A DNA stretch of 38,329 nucleotides from Eubacteriales bacterium. GTDB taxonomy: Bacteria > Bacillota > Clostridia > Oscillospirales > CAG-272. This document shows positions 17,760 through 25,450 of this stretch, one piece after another; position 1 is the stretch's first letter, and each line of letters starts with the position of its first letter. The notes under the pieces were generated by a model, which saw only the letters and a list, made by a program, of their open reading frames with translations, did not search any database and had not been told where the DNA came from. The position numbers and the translations under genes are program-made. The stretch is taken from NCBI GenBank assembly GCA_045612465.1, contig JAZKZC010000059.1, positions 1 to 38,329 on the forward strand, given 5' to 3'.

Positions 17760-18419
17760 GTGGCTGAAGGACACAGAGAAAGAGTAAAAAGAAGATTTCT
17801 TTCCGAAGATCTTGATACCTTCGAAGCGCACAACGCCCTTGAATTTCTGCTGTTCTATGCGTTGCCGAGGATAGATACAAACGGTATTGCACACAGTCTT
17901 ATTGACAGATTCGGTTCTTTTTCCGAGGTGCTTGAAGCTCCTCTTGATGAACTTGCAAGCGTTGACGGAGTCGGCGAAAACGCGGCGATATTTCTGAAGC
18001 TTTTACATTCGACGGTAAGATATTATGAAAACGACGTCGGCAGACGTTCGCAGGAGTCGTTTGACAGCAAAGACGCAATAGGTAAATTTCTTATTGAAAA
18101 GTTCGCAGGAGAGGAAAACGAAAAGGTCATACTTTTGCTTCTTGATAATAAGGGCGGACTGATAGAAGCGAGGGTGCTTCACGAGGGTTCGGTAAATTCA
18201 TCCGCGGTAAACGTAAGGCGGATAACTGAAACTGCGCTTTTGAGCAGAGCATCGTCGGTTGTCATTGCACATAACCATCCGCGCGGTATCGCTTTCCCGT
18301 CGGCAGACGATATTTCGGTAACGGAAGCCATACGTCGCGCGCTTATGCTCGTTGACATAAATCTTCTTGACCATTATATCGTAGCGGGAAATAATTACAT
18401 CAGGCTGTCAGATACCTGA
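17760..18419 (+). CDS. radC: RadC-like JAB/MPN domain protein (UPF0758)
   Basis: The C-terminal JAMM-type motif VIAHNHPRG...PSADD and an N-terminal helix-hairpin-helix region (ELASVDGVGENAA) are present. GTG start. Confidence 0.85.
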   Translation: MAEGHRERVKRRFLSEDLDTFEAHNALEFLLFYALPRIDTNGIAHSLIDRFGSFSEVLEAPLDELASVDGVGENAAIFLKLLHSTVRYYENDVGRRSQESFDSKDAIGKFLIEKFAGEENEKVILLLLDNKGGLIEARVLHEGSVNSSAVNVRRITETALLSRASSVVIAHNHPRGIAFPSADDISVTEAIRRALMLVDINLLDHYIVAGNNYIRLSDT

Positions 18420-18487
18420 TGAAAATAAATATTTACGTGATAAAGGGTAATATTATTTATTAATAAAAATAAAACGGAGAGGGAAAA

Positions 18488-18793
18488 ATGGGAAATATTT
18501 TATTGACTGTTCCCGAATTTTGTTTCACGGACTGGCAGGTGTGTCTGCTCGGTATAGGAACGGTATTCGTGGGACTTATCGGTGTTATCATCGCTTGTAT
18601 GATAATGGGTGCCGTTATTCCGAAGAAAAAGGATGACGGTGTAAAAGAAAACGAAGCGCCCGCAGGCGTGCAGAAAGCATCGGACGAAATTCCCGACAGG
18701 GAGGAATTTGTAGCGGCGGTATCAGCCGCACTTGCGGAGTATATGGGAGAGGACATAAACTCCTTCAGAATCGTATCTATCAAGAAAATATAA
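18488..18793 (+). CDS. oadG: Sodium-pump decarboxylase gamma subunit (OadG family)
   Basis: 101 aa with a single N-terminal TM helix, then [16 protein letters not shown], typical of OadG-like anchors. It is the first gene of the decarboxylase cluster. Confidence 0.75.
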   Translation: MGNILLTVPEFCFTDWQVCLLGIGTVFVGLIGVIIACMIMGAVIPKKKDDGVKENEAPAGVQKASDEIPDREEFVAAVSAALAEYMGEDINSFRIVSIKKI

Positions 18794-18806
18794 AGGGGAA
18801 TTAAAA

Positions 18807-19142
18807 ATGAGAACTTTCAGAGTAAACGTAAACGGAAACACATACGAAATACAGCTTGAGGAAATATCACCATCCGAAATCAAAAACACACCCGCACAGA
18901 AGCCTGCACCCGCATCACAGCCCACAGGCGGAAAAGCGGTAAATGCACCCATTGCAGGTACGATACTTTCTGTGAATGTGTCATCGGGAAGCACTGTCAA
19001 GGCAGGCGACGTTCTTATGGTGCTTGAAGCGATGAAAATGGAAAATGAGATATGCGCTCCCTGCGACGGAACAGTGTCATCGGTTGCCGTGAGCAAGGGT
19101 ATGTCGGTTGCCTCGGGCGCACTGCTTTGCACGATAGGTTAA
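18807..19142 (+). CDS. Stand-alone biotin carboxyl carrier (biotinyl/lipoyl domain) subunit
   Basis: 111 aa with the biotinylation motif [10 protein letters not shown] and a Pro/Ala-rich linker ([11 protein letters not shown]). Confidence 0.85.
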   Translation: MRTFRVNVNGNTYEIQLEEISPSEIKNTPAQKPAPASQPTGGKAVNAPIAGTILSVNVSSGSTVKAGDVLMVLEAMKMENEICAPCDGTVSSVAVSKGMSVASGALLCTIG

Positions 19143-19154
19143 GGTGTAGAAAAT

Positions 19155-20336
19155 ATGGATGCGCTTTTGAATTTTGCTAAAACCACAGGTTTTTTCGGCA
19201 TATCCGAGAAGCCGTTGGTTCTTGTAATGTACGTTATTGCGGGACTTTTGATATATCTTGCAATAGTTAAAAAATTTGAACCGCTTTTGCTTTTGCCCAT
19301 TGCGTTCGGCATGCTTCTTACGAATCTGCCGGGGGCGGAGCTTTACCACCCCGAAATATTCATCAATGAAACGGGACATATAAATTGGGGTATGTTTAAA
19401 GAGGGTGCAGCAGGACTTATCGACTACCTTTACCTCGGTGTCAAGCTCGGTATTTTCCCGTGCATCATATTCATCGGTGTCGGTGCAATGACGGATTTTG
19501 CACCGCTTATCGCGAATCCCAAGTCGCTCCTTTTAGGCGCGGCAGCCCAGATGGGCATATTCGTAACTTATATATTTGCACGTGTTTCGGGTATATTCAC
19601 ACCCGAACAGGCAGGCTCTATCGGTATTATCGGCGGTGCTGACGGCCCCACGGCGATATACACGGCAACGAAAATGTCGCCTGAGCTTTTAGGTTCTATT
19701 GCTATTGCGGCATACTGCTACATGGCGCTCGTTCCGTTTATCCAGCCGCCTATTATGAAGCTCCTTACAACGAAAAAGGAGCGTATGATAGAGATGAAAC
19801 AGCTCCGCGACGTGTCGAAAACGGAAAAAATAGTTTTCCCCATTGTGATAACCGTGTTCGTGTCGCTTCTCGTTCCGTCAGCGGCGGCGCTCATCGGCTC
19901 GCTTATGCTCGGTAACCTGCTTCGTGAATGCGGTGTTACCGAAAGACTCAGCAAGACGGTTCAGAATGAGCTTATGAATATCGTTACCGTATTCCTCGGT
20001 GTGTCAGTCGGTGCTACCGCCACGGCAGAACGCTTCTTGAACGTCGAAACACTCGCAATACTTCTTATGGGTGTTATAGCATTTGCAATAGGCACGGGAA
20101 GCGGTGTTCTCCTTGCTAAATTTATGAATCTGTTTTCCAAGAACAAGATCAATCCCCTCATCGGTTCGGCGGGTGTTTCCGCTGTTCCTATGGCGGCGCG
20201 TGTTTCGCAGAAGGTCGGTCAGGAGGCAAACCCCTCAAACTTCCTGCTTATGCACGCAATGGGACCGAACGTTGCGGGTGTTATAGGCTCCGCTATCGCC
20301 GCAGGCGTTCTTTTGCAGATACCCAATATGTTTTAA
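19155..20336 (+). CDS. oadB: Na+-translocating decarboxylase beta subunit
   Basis: 393-aa polytopic membrane protein with conserved blocks GADGPTAIY and [15 protein letters not shown], typical of OadB/GcdB/MmdB. Confidence 0.9.
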   Translation: MDALLNFAKTTGFFGISEKPLVLVMYVIAGLLIYLAIVKKFEPLLLLPIAFGMLLTNLPGAELYHPEIFINETGHINWGMFKEGAAGLIDYLYLGVKLGIFPCIIFIGVGAMTDFAPLIANPKSLLLGAAAQMGIFVTYIFARVSGIFTPEQAGSIGIIGGADGPTAIYTATKMSPELLGSIAIAAYCYMALVPFIQPPIMKLLTTKKERMIEMKQLRDVSKTEKIVFPIVITVFVSLLVPSAAALIGSLMLGNLLRECGVTERLSKTVQNELMNIVTVFLGVSVGATATAERFLNVETLAILLMGVIAFAIGTGSGVLLAKFMNLFSKNKINPLIGSAGVSAVPMAARVSQKVGQEANPSNFLLMHAMGPNVAGVIGSAIAAGVLLQIPNMF

Positions 20337-20355
20337 TTTGAAAGGGGTATAAAAT

Positions 20356-21771
20356 ATGGCTAAAAATCCGTTAAAAATAACAGATACCATACTTCGCGAT
20401 GCGCACCAGTCGCAAGCCGCAACGCGAATGAAAATAGAGGATATGCTCCCCGCTTGCGAGGTGCTTGACAAAATAGGCTTTTATTCGCTTGAATGCTGGG
20501 GCGGTGCGACGTTTGATTCCTGTATGCGCTTCTTGAATGAAGACCCGTGGGAAAGACTCCGCACACTTCGCAAGGCTCTGCCGAATACGAAGCTGCAGAT
20601 GCTTCTGCGCGGACAGAATCTGCTCGGCTATAAGCACTACGCCGACGATACGGTTGAAGCTTTTGTCAAAAAGTCAATCGAAAACGGTATTGATATAATC
20701 AGAATATTCGATGCGCTCAACGATATAAGAAATATCGAAGCGGCAATGAAATTCACAAAGCAGTACGGCGGTACGGTCGAGGCGGCGATAAGCTATACTA
20801 CGAGCCCCGTCCACAGCCACGAGTATTTTGTTGACCTTGCATGCCGTCTTGAGGAAAAGGGCGCAGATATAATCTGTATCAAGGATATGGCAAACCTGCT
20901 TTTGCCCTACGATGCGTATTCACTCGTAAAGGCTCTGAAAGAAAAAATATCAGTTCCGATACACTTGCATACGCATAATACGTCCGGTACGGGCGACATG
21001 ACGTATCTTATGGCGGCAATGGCAGGCGTTGATATAGTTGACACGGCGCTTTCTCCGCTTGCAAACGGCACGTCACAGCCTGCGACGGAGTCGCTTGTTG
21101 CAACGATGGCATCGACGGAGCGTGACACGGGACTCAGTCTTGAGCTTTTGAGTAATGCCGCGTCGCATTTCAGAGGCGTTGCGAAGAAGCTGAAGGAAAG
21201 CGGTTCGCTTGACCCCAAGGTGCTGAACGTTGACACAAACACGCTTTTGTATCAGGTTCCCGGCGGTATGCTTTCAAATCTTATCTCCCAGCTCAAGCAG
21301 GCAAATGCCGAAGATAAATATTACGAGGTTCTTGCGGAAATCCCCCGTGTGAGAAAGGATTTCGGTTATCCTCCGCTTGTAACGCCGACGAGCCAGATCG
21401 TAGGCTCGCAGTCCGTTCTCAACGTGCTTTCGGGCGAAAGATATAAGGTGTTCACCAAAGAGTCAAAGGGACTTTTAAAGGGTGAATACGGAAAGCTTCC
21501 GGGTGAGGTTAATGAGGAAGTACGTAAAAAGGCAATAGGTGATGAAGAAGTCATAACCTGCCGTCCTGCTGACCTTATCGCACCGGAGCTTGATAAGTAC
21601 AAAGAAGAAGCAAAGGAAATGGCAAAGTGCGAGGAGGACGTGCTTTCCTATGCGCTTTTCCCCAAGGTTGCAACGGATTTCTTTGAAAAAAGAGGAAAAA
21701 CGTCGAACACGGAGAACGAAGCGAAAAAAGATACAATAAGAGAAATATTCGTTCAAGATGTTTCTATATAA
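20356..21771 (+). CDS. oadA: Oxaloacetate decarboxylase alpha subunit, carboxyltransferase part only (HMGL-like + PYC_OADA, no biotinyl domain)
   Basis: ITDTILRDAHQSQAATRM...ECWGGATFD...IKDMANLL...HLHTHNTSG match the OadA / pyruvate carboxylase B carboxyltransferase domain. The protein ends without an AMKM motif. Confidence 0.9.
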   Translation: MAKNPLKITDTILRDAHQSQAATRMKIEDMLPACEVLDKIGFYSLECWGGATFDSCMRFLNEDPWERLRTLRKALPNTKLQMLLRGQNLLGYKHYADDTVEAFVKKSIENGIDIIRIFDALNDIRNIEAAMKFTKQYGGTVEAAISYTTSPVHSHEYFVDLACRLEEKGADIICIKDMANLLLPYDAYSLVKALKEKISVPIHLHTHNTSGTGDMTYLMAAMAGVDIVDTALSPLANGTSQPATESLVATMASTERDTGLSLELLSNAASHFRGVAKKLKESGSLDPKVLNVDTNTLLYQVPGGMLSNLISQLKQANAEDKYYEVLAEIPRVRKDFGYPPLVTPTSQIVGSQSVLNVLSGERYKVFTKESKGLLKGEYGKLPGEVNEEVRKKAIGDEEVITCRPADLIAPELDKYKEEAKEMAKCEEDVLSYALFPKVATDFFEKRGKTSNTENEAKKDTIREIFVQDVSI

Positions 21772-21774
21772 TAG

Positions 21775-21800
21775 TAAAGACAACCGAAAGGTTGTCTTTA
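21775..21800 (+). terminator. Rho-independent terminator of the decarboxylase cluster
   Basis: taaagacaacc-gaaa-ggttgtcttta lies directly after the stop codon. Confidence 0.7.
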
Positions 21801-21821
21801 CTGATTTTACAGGAGAAAAAA

Positions 21822-22259
21822 ATGAGATTCAGAGATAAACTTATAAGATTTATGTATGGCAGATACGGATACGACAAACTTTCGTTTTTTATGTTCTGCG
21901 TGTATTTTTCGGTTTTTGTTGTCAGGATGTTTCTTGCGTTCTCATCGTCAAAAACGGTGCAGATAATTTCGCTGTCGCTTTTGTTTTTCAGCTTTGCATT
22001 GCTTGCGCTTATAATTTTCAGATTTCTTTCGAAAAATATATATGCACGTCAAAGGGAAAATGCGGTGTATCTTAAGCTGTCAAAACCCGTCGGTGAATTT
22101 TTCAAAAGAACCTTTAACCGCGTAAAATATATAAAAACGCACCGTTACCGCAAATGTCCTCACTGTAAAAGTTTTTTGCGCTTGCCGAGAAAAAAAGGGA
22201 AACACACGGTCTTGTGCCCGCGTTGTAAGAAAAACTTTGACGTCAATATCATAATATAA
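21822..22259 (+). CDS. Membrane protein with C-terminal zinc-ribbon (CxxC...CxxC), function unknown
   Basis: Start at ATG 21822, after AGGAG. It has two TM helices, then CPHCKSFLRLPRKKGKHTVLCPRCKKNF. Confidence 0.65.
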   Translation: MRFRDKLIRFMYGRYGYDKLSFFMFCVYFSVFVVRMFLAFSSSKTVQIISLSLLFFSFALLALIIFRFLSKNIYARQRENAVYLKLSKPVGEFFKRTFNRVKYIKTHRYRKCPHCKSFLRLPRKKGKHTVLCPRCKKNFDVNIII

Positions 22260-22309
22260 CGGTTAAAACGGTTGAATATCAAAAAAAAATATTTTTTTTG
22301 AAAAAACTC

Positions 22310-22338
22310 TTGATTTTTTCGATTTGTTGTGATATAAT
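22310..22338 (+). promoter_or_regulatory. Sigma-A promoter of tRNA-Ser with upstream A/T tract
   Basis: TTGATT (22310-22315), a 17-nt spacer, then TG-a-TATAAT (22333-22338). It is preceded by an A9-TA-T8 tract (UP-element-like). It strongly resembles module R2 at 22690-22718. Confidence 0.6.
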
Positions 22339-22359
22339 ACACGAGTATTCAACCGATAT

Positions 22360-22450
22360 GGAGAAGTCGCCTAGTTGGTCGAGGGCGCACGACTGGAAAT
22401 CGTGTAACCGGTAAAACGGTTCCAGAGTTCGAATCTCTGCTTCTCCGCCA
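22360..22450 (+). tRNA. tRNA-Ser (anticodon GGA), long variable arm, CCA encoded
   Basis: Hand-folded cloverleaf:
- acceptor GGAGAAG/CTTCTCC
- anticodon stem-loop CACGA-CTGGAAA-TCGTG
- variable arm AACCG-GTAAAA-CGGTT
- T arm CAGAG-TTCGAAT-CTCTG. Confidence 0.9.
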
Positions 22451-22452
22451 AC

Positions 22453-22492
22453 AAAAAACGCACTTTTGTCTACTGACAAAGGTGCGTTTTTT
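22453..22492 (+). terminator. Rho-independent terminator of tRNA-Ser
   Basis: aaaaaacgcacttttgtc-tact-gacaaaggtgcgtttttt forms a long stem followed by a T-run. Confidence 0.8.
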
Positions 22493-22493
22493 G

Positions 22494-22667
22494 AATGATG
22501 TTTGCCTGTCACGCAAATGATGTTGGCTTCGCCAATGATGACGGCTTCGCCTAATGATGTGTGCCTGTGGGCACATAGGGACAAACAGCGCATCATTGCG
22601 GAATGAAGTGGAACAACATCATATTTGCGAAGCAAATGCATCATATCGCCGCAGGCGATGCATCATT
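22494..22667. repeat. Heptamer/hairpin array A: 4x AATGATG then 4x CATCAT(T), separated by short hairpins of differing sequence
   Basis: AATGATG occurs at 22494, 22516, 22534 and 22553. CATCAT(T) occurs at 22591, 22617, 22639 and 22661. Hairpins lie at 22501-22517, 22523-22535, 22560-22575, 22623-22637 and 22645-22659. Confidence 0.7.
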
Positions 22668-22673
22668 GAAGAC

Positions 22674-22744
22674 ATACAAGGCTTACGCCTTGATTTGTTT
22701 ACGATAGTGTGATATAATAAACTCACTGATAAATAAGAATTTGA
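22674..22744 (+). promoter_or_regulatory. Repeated promoter module, copy R2
   Basis: atacaaggc-ttac-gccTTGATT (-35 at 22690-22695), a 17-nt spacer, TG-a-TATAAT (22713-22718), then ctgataaataagaatttg, the same leader as R1. Confidence 0.6.
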
Positions 22745-22799
22745 CGAACTGTTCACAAGACTTGAATTGTTGAGAATATACTATTCTGAGGAGGATAAA

Positions 22800-23321
22800 A
22801 TGAAAACGATTGTGATTTATAATTCACAGACTGGATTTACAAAAAAATATGCTCAGTGGATAGCAGAAAAAGCACATGCAGATTGCATTGAGTACAGTAA
22901 AGCTAAAAATGCAGATATAGATAGCTATGATGCCGTAGTTTTTGGCGGCTGGGCTGTAGCTGGTTCAATAAGCAAACTCAAATGGTTTAAGAAAAATCTT
23001 TTGAGATGGAAGGATAAGAAACTGGTGGCTTTTTGTGTTGGCGCAAGTCCTATTGAGAACCCTGAAATTGAACTGACATTACCTAAAAACTTCTCAGAAG
23101 AAGAACTTAAAATAGTAAGATGGTTCTATTGCCCTGGTGGTCTTGATTACGAAAAGATGCCTGCCACATCAAAGGCAATGATGAAAATGTTTGTCAAGGT
23201 TTTGAAAGCCAAGAAAGATAAGACACAGGCTGATATTGAACAGATAAAAATGATGTCATCATCATATGATATTTCAAATATAAAATATATCGAACCGATA
23301 ATTGACTATCTTAATGGCTAA
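22800..23321 (+). CDS. Flavodoxin-like domain protein (Flavodoxin_5/HemG-like)
   Basis: Start at ATG 22800, after GAGGAGGA. MKTIVIYNSQTGFTKKYAQWIAEK is a typical FMN-binding flavodoxin N-terminus, and the sequence continues ...DAVVFGGW. AT-rich and CpG-poor. Confidence 0.85.
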   Translation: MKTIVIYNSQTGFTKKYAQWIAEKAHADCIEYSKAKNADIDSYDAVVFGGWAVAGSISKLKWFKKNLLRWKDKKLVAFCVGASPIENPEIELTLPKNFSEEELKIVRWFYCPGGLDYEKMPATSKAMMKMFVKVLKAKKDKTQADIEQIKMMSSSYDISNIKYIEPIIDYLNG

Positions 23322-23451
23322 ATACTTGTTTGTTCACAAGCAAAGCGGCTTGAGATTAACAAATTCCAATTTATCGAATGGGAACACTTGGTGTACTTTT
23401 AGTCGTTCTTACCTGCATTTACGCACCGTTTGTGCGCTTCTTCGCAGCGAA

Positions 23452-23480
23452 AGGAGCAAGTCATATGACTTGCTCTTTTT
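23452..23480 (+). terminator. Rho-independent terminator after the flavodoxin-like gene
   Basis: gagcaagtca-ta-tgacttgctc followed by ttttt. Confidence 0.75.
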
Positions 23481-23486
23481 GCAACT

Positions 23487-23632
23487 AAATCCACCCTTGC
23501 GGGTGGGTGAAATCATCTTCGATGATGAAATTCCCCACGGAAATGAAATCTGCCTCGACGGCGAATGGGTGGATTTAATTTCATCTGAAGCCGCAGGCTG
23601 AAGATTTCATCCGAATAAAGTGAGGATTTCAT
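23487..23632. repeat. Heptamer/hairpin array B: 3x RTGAAAT then 3x ATTTCAT with interleaved hairpins; inverted homologue of array C
   Basis: RTGAAAT occurs at 23507, 23525 and 23543. ATTTCAT occurs at 23578, 23604 and 23626. Hairpins include ccaccc-ttgc-gggtgg (23491-23506), catc-ttc-gatg (23514-23524) and tcc-ccac-gga (23532-23541). There is also a 10-bp long-range pair, aaatccaccc (23487) / gggtggattt (23567). Confidence 0.75.
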
Positions 23633-23677
23633 TTAATATACATGTCATATCTTAATTTATGATTATATTAAAAGATA

Positions 23678-23707
23678 TTGACATTTATTATATATTTATG
23701 ATATAAT
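23678..23707 (+). promoter_or_regulatory. Candidate sigma-A promoter of putP
   Basis: TTGACA (23678-23683), then TATAAT (23702-23707) after an 18-nt spacer. Confidence 0.5.
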
Positions 23708-23741
23708 ATACTATATTTAATTTCAATATGGAGGAAAAAAG

Positions 23742-25304
23742 ATGAATGACAAAATTCAAATTCTGATTGCAATGGTCATATATATGGCTGCAGTCATTAT
23801 GATCGGTGTATTCTGCGCAAAGCGTGCAAATAAAAATTCCGAAGCATATTTTCTCGGCGGACGTTCACTCGGCCCGTGGGTAACAGCAATGAGCGCTGAA
23901 GCATCCGATATGAGCGGTTGGCTTCTTATGGGCTTGCCCGGCGTCGCTTATTGGTGCGGTCTTGCCGATGCGGCATGGACGGCAATAGGTCTTGCGGTAG
24001 GTACATATCTTAACTGGCTTATCGTATCAAAGCGTTTAAGACGCTACAGTGTGAGGGCAAACAATTCCATCACGCTTCCCGATTTCTTTTCAAACCGTTT
24101 CAGAGAAAACAAGAAGCACATAATGCTCCTTTCCGCTGCATTTATACTTATATTCTTTACTGTATATGCGGCAAGCTGTTTTGTAACGTGCGGCAAGCTT
24201 TTCTCAACGCTGTTCGGTATGCCTTATCAGGCAATGCTTATTGTAGGCGCGGTATTCGTTCTTATTTACACGATACTCGGCGGTTTCTTGGCTGAAAGTA
24301 TTTCAGACTTTATGCAGGCTATCGTTATGATAGTTGCTCTTACCGTTATCGTTATAATCGGTATAGTTAACGCAGGCGGTATCGGCGCAATCGTCGAAAA
24401 CGCAAAGGCTATCCCCGGATTTTTCGAATTTTTCGGTCTTGCAACACCCGTTGTTGACGAAGCCGGCACACAGATTCTTGAAGCAGGTAAGCCTGTATTC
24501 GGAAACGCTGACGATTACGATGTTCTGAATATTTGCTCGATGATGGCGTGGGGTCTTGGTTACTTCGGTATGCCTCAGGTGCTTTTGCGCTTTATGGCTA
24601 TCCGTAAGGAAGAAGAACTCAAGCGTTCACGCAGAATTGCTATTGTATGGGTAGTTATCTCTCTTGCGGTTGCGGTGTTCATCGGTATCGTCGGACGTCA
24701 GCTGTTCCCCGATGCGCTTCTGACGAAGTCTGCGGCTGAAAGCATATTCATAACAATGGCAGAATCTTACTTGCCCCCCATTCTTGCAGGATTTGTAATG
24801 GCGGGAATTCTGGCGGCAACTATCAGCTCGTCCGACTCATATCTCTTGATTGCGGCATCTGCTTTTTCAAAGAATGTTTTCCAGGGCGTATTCAAGAAAA
24901 ATGCAAGCGACAAGCAGGTTATGAACGTTTCACGTATCACACTTCTTGCTCTTACTGCTATCGGTATTATCATAGCGCTTGATGAAAACAGCGTTATCTT
25001 TGATATAGTATCGTTTGCGTGGGCAGGATTCGGCGCAACATTCGGCCCGATAATGATATTCTCCCTTTTCTGGAAGCGTGTCAATAAGCCCGGTGCTGTT
25101 GCAGGTATGATAAGCGGTGCGGCAATGGTATTCTTCTGGAAGCTCGTGCTCAGCAAGATCGGCGGAGTATTCGCAATTTATGAGCTTCTTCCCGCGTTTA
25201 TATTCTCATCAATTTGCATCGTCGTCGTTTCGCTTCTTACAAAGGCTCCCTCGAAGGAGATCGAAGAAGATTTCGAGGCTGTACGCGCAGGCAAATGCGA
25301 ATAA
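23742..25304 (+). CDS. putP: Sodium/proline symporter (SSS family)
   Basis: 520 aa with about 13 TM segments. The N-terminal block YFLGGRSLGPWVTAMSAEASDMSGWLLMGLPG is characteristic of PutP. Confidence 0.9.
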   Translation: MNDKIQILIAMVIYMAAVIMIGVFCAKRANKNSEAYFLGGRSLGPWVTAMSAEASDMSGWLLMGLPGVAYWCGLADAAWTAIGLAVGTYLNWLIVSKRLRRYSVRANNSITLPDFFSNRFRENKKHIMLLSAAFILIFFTVYAASCFVTCGKLFSTLFGMPYQAMLIVGAVFVLIYTILGGFLAESISDFMQAIVMIVALTVIVIIGIVNAGGIGAIVENAKAIPGFFEFFGLATPVVDEAGTQILEAGKPVFGNADDYDVLNICSMMAWGLGYFGMPQVLLRFMAIRKEEELKRSRRIAIVWVVISLAVAVFIGIVGRQLFPDALLTKSAAESIFITMAESYLPPILAGFVMAGILAATISSSDSYLLIAASAFSKNVFQGVFKKNASDKQVMNVSRITLLALTAIGIIIALDENSVIFDIVSFAWAGFGATFGPIMIFSLFWKRVNKPGAVAGMISGAAMVFFWKLVLSKIGGVFAIYELLPAFIFSSICIVVVSLLTKAPSKEIEEDFEAVRAGKCE

Positions 25305-25450
25305 TTTAAAATATAATTTCAGCAGGAAACATTGTTTTCCTGCTGATTTTATGTTTTAGCGAATAATATTATCCCCGATAGACAAAAATCTGTCGGGGGT
25401 TTGACATTTTGGAAGTTGTATGGTAGAATAAAATCAAGGCGGTGAAATGT

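Noticed and set aside
22279-22644. 121-aa minus-strand ORF (and 22349..22576) spanning tRNA-Ser, its terminator and array A
   Set aside because: It runs straight through a well-folding tRNA gene and a terminator. The open frame is a by-product of the repetitive ATGATG/CATCAT words. There is no RBS.
23302-23601. 99-aa plus-strand ORF covering the flavodoxin terminator and array B. The analogous ORFs 27924..28154 and 28084..28275 cover array C and tRNA-Tyr/Thr.
   Set aside because: These frames cross terminator hairpins and tRNA genes and have no RBS. Their sequences are dictated by the hairpin repeats, so they are not coding.
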